Notes under the pieces: generated by a model | Database searches by the model: none | What the model was told of the DNA's origin: nothing | What the model saw: only the letters and a program-made list of their open reading frames with translations | Position numbers and translations under genes: made by a program | NCBI RefSeq assembly: GCF_031769215.1 | Contig: NW_026782083.1 | Span: 1,364,001 to 1,428,000, forward strand | Length of the DNA stretch: 64,000 nucleotides | Direction: 5' to 3' | Source: Ylistrum balloti | Taxonomy: Eukaryota | Part shown: piece after piece, positions 54,696 through 64,000 of the stretch | Layout of the letters: every line of letters starts with the position of its first letter | Position numbering within the stretch: the stretch's first letter is position 1

Positions 54696-57600
54696 TCACT
54701 GTCCATTAAGTTTGGCTGGGTCACCAAGTGTAGCATCCCAGATTTTCATTTTGTCTGCACCAACAGTGCTCTTTGTTTTAGTCCATTTATCAGCAGATTT
54801 ATCTCCATGGGGAACACCGAACATAGCGTCGCCAAGGTCCGAGCTTAACTCAGCCAATATCTTAGGATCTTTGTAGTGTGTTACAGCTTGAGCCATGGCA
54901 ACTGCACGTTTGGCCGGATTTGAACTTTTGAAAATTCCTGATCCTACAAATACACCATCGACACCAAGCTGCATCAGGAGAGAAACATCGGCTGGAGTGG
55001 CTACAACAGAGACACCAAATGTTAATACAAGATTTACAACACAGTCATAGACTTCTTAATTTACTTACATTAATTAAAAAAATTGGCATAGCTATTATTT
55101 ATTTTACAAATTTGAGGTTCATTTCTAATATATTTGACAGAAGGAAGTTGATTAGTGATAAAAAGACAGGACATGGTACAATTGACTGTATATTTACAGG
55201 ACTGAGAGAAGCTGATTAGAGATAAAAAAGACAGGACATGGTACAATTGACTGTATATTTACAGGACTGAGAGAAGCTGATTAGAGATAAAAAGACAGGA
55301 CATGGTACAATTGACTGTATATTTACAGGACTGAGAGAAGCTGATTAGAGATAAAAAGACAGGACATGGTACAATTGACTGTATATTTACAGGACTGAGA
55401 GAAGCTGATTAGAGATAAAAAGACAGGACATGGTACAATTGACTGTATATTTACAGGACTGAGAGAAGCTGATTAGAGATAAAAAGACAGGACATGGTAC
55501 AATTGACTGTATATTTACAGGACTGAGAGAAGCTGATTAGAGATAAAAAGACAGGACATGGTACAATTGACTGTATATTTACAGGACTGAGAGAAGCTGA
55601 TTAGAGATAAAAAAGACAGGACATGGTACAATTGACTGTATATTTACAGGACTGAGAGAAGCTGATTAGAGATAAAAAGACAGGACATGGTACAATTGAC
55701 TGTATATTTACAGGACTGAGAGAAGCTGATTAGAGATAAAAAGACAGGACATGGTACAATTGACTGTATATTTACAGGACTGAGAGAAGCTGATTAGAGA
55801 TAAAAAGACAGGACATGGTACAATTGACTGTATATTTACAGGACTGAGAGAAGCTGATTAGAGATAAAAAGACAGGACATGGTACAATTGACTGTATATT
55901 TACAGGACTGAGAGAAGCTGATTAGAGATAAAAAGACAGGACATGGTACAATTGACTGTATATTTACAGGACTGAGAGAAGCTGATTAGAGATAAAAAGA
56001 CAGGACATGGTACAATTGACTGTATATTTACAGGACTGAGAGAAGCTGATTAGAGATAAAAAGACAGGACATGGTACAATTGACTGTATATTTACAGGAC
56101 TGAGAGAAGCTGATTAGAGATAAAAAGACAGGACATGGTACAATTGACTGTATATTTACAGGACTGAGAGAAGCTGATTAGAGATAAAAAGACAGGACAT
56201 GGTACAATTAACTGTCTATTTACAGGACTGAGGGAAGTTTATACCTAAGCCCCCTGCTGCAAAATTGACGACAGGAAGTCTCCCCAACTCTGCAGTTTTT
56301 TTCAGCAGCTCATGTGGCACACGAAGTTCCTTGGCATAGTTGTATAATTCTGTTGAGTCCATGGCACTTGCTGTCTTGATCTGTTTGTTGATTGTTCTGG
56401 CATGTTTCACAGCTTCAGAAACATCCCCTGTGTAAGATACAAGATGACTAAAAATGGAATTTCTGGTGCTGATGAAGATTTATAGAATCTTACATGGGTC
56501 TGTTCCACAGACAAGGATAAAGCAAAAATCTGTAATTTGTTATGAAGCATTCTCATCACATCATCACCATTAGCAACGAAATGTGTATCAAAATTTATGA
56601 CATCAATTTGTGACACTTATGCCACACAAAATGATGATGCTACCCCATTGTGAGTCATATAAAATCACTTTGATTATTTGCTTGATAATAAACTTAAGTA
56701 GACGAGCTGGATCAGTCTTGTTCATGTTACTATCATAACACTACTGATTCATACCAGTTCCTGCTTCCCCTTTTGTCCTGATCATGGCAGCTCCTTCTGA
56801 AATTCTGCGTAATGCTTCACCAAGATCACGGGCTCCACAAACAAATGGCACTTCAAAATTGTGTTTGTTGATGTGGTTCACCTCATCTGCAGGTGTTAAC
56901 ACTGCAACAATACATGATGTAGTGTTTAAATAGCACGAAACAAAGCGTTGTCCTCAACAGTGGTTGAAAATACATGTTATTGTCATTGTGAGGTTCCATA
57001 CACAAGCTTCAATCTCGCAAGATTACAAAATCAATCTTAAGAATTTTCCGTTGTCCAACACATTTTCTAAACATAGAGACTATCACTATCAATTTTAATT
57101 TCAATCTGTTATTTTTCAAAGTTCAGATGCATACGATTAAAATTTTTCAAAATCGGTCCGTGGTGGGCTCTTACACAAACTGTACAAAACACAGGAAAAA
57201 GACTAGAGACATGGATATTTTGTTTGAGTACTGTCAAATTAAAAATAATTTCTAAAAATTTCTAACCACAATCTTTTTAAATACCTTCTGATTCATCTAC
57301 CATGTCCACCCCAAGAGCTTGAAGAATCTGAGCCTCTGCAAAATGACCAATTCTTGATTTGGCCATTACTGGGATAGTCACTGCTGCAATTATTCCCTTT
57401 ATCTTCATTGGATCAGTCATTCTAGCCACGCCCCCTTCTCTTCGTATATCAGCAGGGACACGCTCTAGTGCCATGACAGCACATGCCTGAAATTGTCAGA
57501 AAGTATATTAACAGGCAAATATCAAATAAGTGCCCAAATATCTGCCTTTGTTTGCTTCAAAAATTACACAGGATTTAGTGTAAACTTTCCCCAATCACTT

Positions 57601-60600
57601 CAGCAATTCAAGCTTCAACTGGCATAGTTACATCTGTTATGATGCCAAATTTAGATAGGATTTAGTGTAATCTTACCCCAGCCTCTTCAGCTATGCGGGC
57701 TTCCTCTGGTGTTGTAACATCCATGATGATGCCACCTTTGGCCATCTGAGCTAAACCAGCCTTGACCTTGAATGTCCCTAAAAATAAGATTCCATTCCAG
57801 TTGATTACAGTAAACCAATGATTATTTTCTAGCAGTATATTATTGCAATATTTGCATATCTCAACAATTGTCAAAATAAATCATTACGAATGATATCATA
57901 ACACAATAACCAAAGATATAACATTGTTCCCACCTGTAGCTTATCATCAGTACACACCTGTCTCCCACCTGTAACTTAATGCCAGTACACTCCCATCCCA
58001 TCTTATACATACCTGTCTGTGTGGAGGTAACATCCTTCATTGTGAGATTGGTGACATCACAGGTCACACCTGAAGCCAAGGATTGATAAGGATTGACTAT
58101 TTCGTTGTGATGTGACTATTTGGTTGTGGTCTGACTTTGTTTCTGATGTGACTGACTGATGTGACTGACTTTGGTTATGATGTGACTGACTTTGGTTATG
58201 ATGTGACAGACTTTGGTTGTGATGTGACTATTTGTTTATGGTCTGACTTTGTTTCTGATGTGACAAACTTTGGTTGTGGTCTGACAGACTTTGGTTATGA
58301 TGTGACTGACTTTGGTTGTGATGTGACTATTTGTTTATGGTCTGACTTTGTTTCTGATGTGACAGACTTTGGTTGTGGTCTGACAGACTTTGGTTGTGAT
58401 GTGACTATTTGGTTATGGTCTGACAGACTTTGGTTGTGATGTGACTGACTTTGTTTCTGATGTGACAGACTTTGGTTGTGGTCTGACAGTCTTTGGTTGT
58501 GATGTGACTATTTGGTTATGGTCTGACAGACTTTGGTTGTGATGTGACTGACTTTGTTTCTGATGTGACTGAATTTGGTTGTGATGTGACTATTTGTTTG
58601 TGGTCTGACTAACTTTGATTGTGATGTGACTATTTGGTTGTGATGTGACTGACTTTGGTTGTGATGTGACTATTTGGTTGTGGTCTGACAGACTTTGGTT
58701 GTGATGTGACTATTTGGTTGAGGTCTGACTGACTTTGATTGTGATGTGACTATTTGGTTGTGATGTGACTGACTTTGATTGTGATGTGACTATTTGGTTG
58801 TGATGTGACTGACTTTGGTTATGATGTGAATATTTGTTTGTGGTCTGACTGACTTTGATTGTGATGTGACTATTTGGTTGTGATGTGACTGACTTTGGTT
58901 GTGATGTGACTATTTGTTTGTGGTCTGACTGACTTTGATTGTGATGTGACTATTTGGTTGTGATGTGACTGACTTTGATTGTGATGTGACTATTTGGTTG
59001 TGATGTGACTGACTTTGATTGTGATGTGACTATTTGGTTGTGATGTGACTGACTTTGGTTGTGATGTGACTATTTGGTTGTGATGTGACTGACTTTGGTT
59101 GTGATGTGACTATTTTGTTGAGGTCTGACTGACTTTGGTTGTGATGTGACTATTTGGTTGAGGTCTGACTGACTTTGGTTGTGATGTTACTATTTGGTTG
59201 TGATGTGACTATTTGGTTGAGGTCTGACTGACTTTGATTGAGATGTGACTATTTGGTTGTGATGTGACTGACTTTGATTGTGATGTGACTATTTGGTTGT
59301 GATGTGACTGACTTTGATTGTGATGTGACTATTTGGTTGTGATGTGACTGACTTTGGTTGTGATGTGACTATTTGGTTGTGATGTGACTTACTTTGGTTG
59401 TGATGTGACTATTTTGTTGAGGTCTGACTGACTTTGGTTGTGATGTGACTATTTGGTTGAGGTCTGACTGACTTTGGTTGTGATGTTACTATTTGGTTGT
59501 GATGTGACTATTTGGTTGTGATGTGACTGACTTTGATTGTGATGTGACTATTTGGTTGTGATGTGACTGACTTTGGTTATGATGTGACTATTTGGTTGAG
59601 GTCTGATTTTCTTCAGTTTTGATGCTTTGTTGACTACTTATGTTGTGTCGTTGTGATGTGACTGATTATGCTGTGATTTGACTAATTATGTTATGATGTG
59701 TCTACATGTGTTGTGATGTGATTTCTTATGTCATGATGTGACTACTTCTGTTGTGATGAATCTATTTGTATTGTGACAAATATGGTTGTGATGTGACCGA
59801 TTATGCTGTGATTGATTTTGCTGTGATTTGACTAATTATGTTGTGATGTGTCTGCATGTGTTGTGATGTGATTTCTTATGTCGTGATGTGACTACTTCGG
59901 TTGTGATGAATCTATTTGTATTGTGACAAATATGGTTGTGATGTGACTGATTATGCTGTGATGTGACTACTTCGGTTGTGATGAATCTATTTGTATTGTG
60001 ACAAATATGGTTGTGATGTGACTTATTATGCTGTGATGCGACTACTTCAGTTGTGATGAATCTATTTGTATTGTGACAAATATGGTTGTGATTTGACTTA
60101 TTATGCTGTGATGTGACTACTTCGGTTGTGATGAATCTATTTGTGTTGTGACAAATATGGTTGTGATGCGACTTATTATGCTGTGATGTGACTACTTCGG
60201 TTGTGATGAATCTATTTGTGTTGTGACAACTTTTGTTGTGATGTGACACTTTTGTTGTGATGTGACAACTTTTGTTGTGATGTGTGACAACTTTTGTTGT
60301 GATGTGACTTCTACTGTTACATTGTGACAAATGTGGTTGTGATGTGGTACTGAAAACACAGCAATAATTCCTTGCTTTGGATCAGAATAAACAAACTCAT
60401 TTGATTGTTGAGTGGCTACATTAATTACTTCATGCAGTACGTGTCCTTATGTAAGCATCTAACAGACAATTTTATATAACAAATATGACTTGTAGTCAAC
60501 AAGCACAAAACTACACAAGTTGGCTAATATTTAAGCTGAATATTAAGAGCTTTCAGACGAAATGCCATTTCTTTCTAAAACATACTAACTGTATGCGTCA

Positions 60601-60777
60601 TTTATGTCGCTAATATATGTTATGAATTAAAGCCTGATATACAGCGAATATATACTGAACAAAATGGCCGTAAACTTTATGTAACCACGTGTACCTTTTT
60701 TTAGAACACACGAAGTAAACGTGGTCAAGAACTATTGTATCTGTGACATACTCACCATTGAGGAGTTTCTCCGTCAT
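54696..60777 (-). CDS. PDX1: Pyridoxal 5'-phosphate synthase, synthase subunit (PdxS/SNZ), 338 aa, complete
   Basis: Coding exons 60756-60777, 58013-58069, 57677-57777, 57285-57486, 56755-56901, 56245-56427, 54696-55000 (1017 nt, phase-consistent). Signature motifs: [113 protein letters not shown]. Residues equivalent to B. subtilis D24, K81 and K149 are present. Confidence 0.98.
55137..56238. repeat. Near-perfect 64-bp minisatellite x~17 filling PDX1 intron 6
   Basis: ACTGAGAGAAGCTGATTAGAGATAAAAAGACAGGACATGGTACAATTGACTGTATATTTACAGG; copies differ almost only in A-run length. Confidence 0.97.
58090..60340. repeat. Compound TGTGATGTGAC-based minisatellite filling PDX1 intron 1
   Basis: 19/21-bp alternating units (58560-59600) and ~75-bp higher-order units (59620-60340) share the TGTGATGTGAC core. 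Confidence 0.95.
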
Positions 60778-60954
60778 GTTTTTTCTTATATTCAGCGTGC
60801 AGAATATCTCTGTATAGCGGAGTCGTCAGTTGCGAACTGTTGAAGTCAATCACCGGAACCAACAAATAACCACACCAGGCCTGTCGGGGATATGGGCTGA
60901 GAAACAAAAACGTATCCGGAGTCCAACACGTGGATGATATTTCATCAGGTAAGT
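60778..60954. promoter_or_regulatory. Candidate compact bidirectional promoter of PDX1/PDX2 plus non-coding first exon of PDX2
   Basis: PDX1 ATG at 60777; symmetric CAGTT-gcg-AACTG (60827-60839); CACGTG at 60927; consensus + strand donor CAG|GTAAGT (60949); the next strong acceptor (63146) lies 8 nt before the PDX2 ATG. Confidence 0.55.
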
Positions 60955-62039
60955 AATCTGAGAATGGTCTTTTCTGATGAAACTTACTGCATGCTTCGAC
61001 TACCATGTACTAGTGTTTACCCTACTGGCTACTCTATAACCTTCGAGGTAGGTCGACAAACCTTGTTTACAGGGTTTCATGGACGTGCTTTCGTAACATT
61101 CAAACTACCGTTACACAACCATAATTTCTCACAGTTATATAATCTTTACAAGACAACTGGTAGGTAACGAGCATGTCGTACTGTGTTACTTATTTTCTTG
61201 TGTAATATTTTTTTATAAGTCTAGACATGTCGTCTAACCGGGCCAGCTGTTATGTTGACAGATAGAAATAGCCTGATAACATCGGTGTTTCGTCCTTATG
61301 ATGTAGATGTTTATTTGTTGGTGGTACAATCAGGGACGTGGTTTAAACACAATCGGTAATGATATGACATTTTTCTACCGCGGAGTGAGGCGAGGAAAAG
61401 ATTAGTTTAAGAAGGGAGATAATTATAGCTAATACATGTATACACAACATTACGAATCTGACGGTTTTTAATATCTAAGACTTAAAAATTGACTGGTTTG
61501 TCCGTCCTCCCCTCCCTCTCCAGTAAGTTTGGGCTATATACAATTGATGATTTAGCTTCTTATATCGCTTTTCGTTGAAACTGCCAATATGTTTTTTATG
61601 TGATGTTAGATCTAGAAGGGTTTTAATTATCACAAAATTAATGGTCGGGCAGCGCTTAACTGATGTAGAATCCATCTATTCAGAACATGTTTTTACAAAA
61701 ATAATAACCTAGTACATCCTCTCTAAAATATATCATTGTTTATTTATTGTTATTTCTTCATGACAACAGAACGTTATCTTCTCAAAGTAAGAAGTAAAGG
61801 TTTTTGATATTTTAAAATGTACAACATTAATGGCTGAAAGGAGATTTCACCGAATCTTAATTGGTACTTGTTGAAACGAAGGTATGATTGATTACATAAT
61901 ATTTTGGACACTACTCGACCTTCCCTTTTTGGAAAGAACAGAAACAGCACATGCACTTACATATATGATACTTGGTTTTTATTATCTTTTGAGTTTGCAT
62001 ATGTGGAGGTTTATTAACACTTAGATAATATATGCATTC

Positions 62040-62345
62040 AGATCGATAACATTAAACTGCGATGTGTAGACATTGGATATAGATAACATTTAAACACGGA
62101 CGATAGACACAGAATATCGATAACATAACTTACGGACGGTGGACACAGAATATGGATAACATTTAAACACGGACGATAGACACAGAGTATCGATAACATT
62201 TAAACACGGACGATAGACACGGAATATCGATAACATTTAAACACGGACGACAGACACAGAATATAGATAACATTTAAACACGGACGATAGACACAGAATA
62301 TCGATAACATAACTTACGGAAGGTAGTCACAGACTATCGATAACA
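62040..62345. repeat. 37-bp minisatellite x~8 carrying TATCGATA palindromes
   Basis: CGATAACATTTAAACACGGACGATAGACACAGAATAT unit. Confidence 0.9.
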
Positions 62346-62959
62346 TGTTACAAAATTGCAGTTGCCAGACTTTTCTCCGTTATGATCAGAGATTATAAAA
62401 CGTACGGGGTTTCTGGTCGAGTTCGAATCCTGATCGACAAGTCCAATATTAGAAGTAGTTACGGCCATTTGTGCAAAATGTTATTTAAACTTGAAGTGCA
62501 GAGATAATGTCTTTGATGTGTGGCTTCAACCTACAGGGTTACCAGTGAAGTTTGAATCGATCTTGGTTGAAAAATTAAGTTTCAGGTGCAGTTCTGGTCC
62601 TTTGTACTTCTGTTTTCCGGACTTCTTTCCATTGTGTCCAGATATAGAAACTTGGTATGGCGCTTCGACCTTCGTGATTACAGATTGATCTTTTTAATTG
62701 TTTCCCCGAATTTTTTGTTGTGTCTCGAGATATGCGGTAAAATATAATTTTTGGTGGCTAATGGTTGTTAGAGATAAAATTTTGTTACATATCACACCCG
62801 CAGTGCATTGTGGGTCATTAATTTACCATCATCCCACCGCGATTACCCATTTTCTACAACGATGAGACTGACTCGGTTAATAACCTGAAATATGTTCGGA
62901 CATCCGAAATTAAACCCCATTCCAACACAGAACCTATTCATTTATGTTTGTCTGGTTAT

Positions 62960-63070
62960 GTTATTCATAATTACTCAACAAACATTGTTTCTCCAAGATA
63001 AGTTTAGGAAAACTTGGTGGGACAGATGAAGTCTATGTGACTGGCGAGTGCGTTACCACTGCACCATCCT
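62960..63070 (-). mobile_element. tRNA-derived SINE head relic
   Basis: Minus strand GGATGGTGCAGTGGTAACGCACTCGCC (A-box-like); no intact B-box or cloverleaf. Confidence 0.35.
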
Positions 63071-63154
63071 AAAATACATGACATGATGTGAGGAGGGTGC
63101 CGACATTTCTATTTTATTCATTATTATTATTATTTCCATTTCCTAGAATTAATC

Positions 63155-63517
63155 ATGCCGCAAACTGGTCTCAACGGAAATGAAAACAGACGCAGAAAAA
63201 TCGGCATTCTGGAGGTTCAAGGTGCATTTCAAGAGCACAAAGTGGCGCTGATGAAAGCCAAAAAATGTTTGCACACGACACCAGAACTTGAAGTGATGGA
63301 GGTACGTCACCCAGACCATCTAGTCTCTGACATGGATGGCCTAATTATACCGGGAGGGGAAAGCACAACCATCAGTTTATTCCTGAAAAGAAACAACATG
63401 GAAGAACCGCTCCGAAACTGGATACAAACAAAAGGTCACGTGGTATGGGGAACATGCGCAGGAATGATTCTTTTATCAAGGTTTACTGAAAACCAAAAGG
63501 ATGGCGGACAGCCTACG
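63155..63517 (+). CDS. PDX2: Pyridoxal 5'-phosphate synthase, glutaminase subunit (PdxT/SNO); first coding exon, 3'-partial
   Basis: KIGILEVQGAFQEH, DGLIIPGGESTT, catalytic nucleophile motif WGTCAGMILL, QKDGGQ; acceptor CTAG at 63143-63146 and donor ACG|GTATGT at 63518; 121 codons. Confidence 0.96.
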
Positions 63518-64000
63518 GTATGTCGGTAACTGATAAATGTATATTGATTAATCTGAGTATATAGCTATTATCGAACTGGTGAATGGTATACGTTTGATAG
63601 TGACAGCTGGTAAATGTTTTATTCATATTAGTTGCCATCAATGTAACTTTGTAATGTTTTTTAATGAGACGCGTGACGACAAAGCACATTGTAGGGAGAT
63701 ACATACGTATATATATATGTTAAATACATATTGGTTTCTTTCCCGAAGTTCGGTTGCCGCTTGGATTATAAAATATGATATGCGAAACATAAACACAAAT
63801 GCTGGGACTTGGTCACCATACCTCTTTGTCTGGATATTTGATTGTAACACTTCCTTGTCTGGAAATATGCGTTTGATCGCCACACTTGTTTGAAAAGTCT
63901 ATTGTTTAGTTTATTTTATTACTGATATTATCTGCTAGGATAGGGCGCCCACAAAGGCTTGCTTCTTCATGTCATGTATCTCAGGTCTGGTTGGAAGCAT

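Noticed and set aside
55137-56238. CRISPR-like regular array
   Set aside because: No unique spacers, no cas genes, eukaryotic intron; it is a head-to-tail minisatellite.
59836-60330. 164-aa His/Thr-rich ORF
   Set aside because: Lies within the PDX1 intron-1 repeat; its 25-aa periodicity equals the 75-bp unit.
54696-63517. Bacterial contamination as the source of pdxS/pdxT
   Set aside because: Spliceosomal introns with host-type repeats, phase-consistent exons and contiguity with animal genes.

Overview
AT-rich animal genomic DNA with spliceosomal introns, most likely a bivalve mollusc (inferred from Helentron/HINE-like non-autonomous elements, tRNA-SINE relics and abundant intronic minisatellites). 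One assembly gap (139 N, 21883-22021). I reconstructed five spliced genes by hand, with reading phase consistent across every junction: FNBP4 (-, 13 coding exons, 3' end outside the window), RIC8/synembryn (+, 15 coding exons, 548 aa, complete), an uncharacterised 275-aa gene (+, 5 coding exons, largely missed by the ORF track, resembling the mainly fungal DUF7918 family from memory), PDX1/SNZ (-, 7 coding exons, 338 aa, complete) and PDX2/SNO (+, first coding exon only). Main highlight: an intact, intron-containing, head-to-head PDX1/PDX2 pair (de novo DXP-independent vitamin B6 synthase) in an animal, apparently sharing a very compact bidirectional promoter, with the DUF7918-like gene lying tail-to-tail next to it. 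Second theme: minisatellites that copy or abut splice sites (5 donor copies in FNBP4, 15 in RIC8, about 17 acceptor-like units in PDX1). No database searches were run; family assignments rest on recalled motifs.
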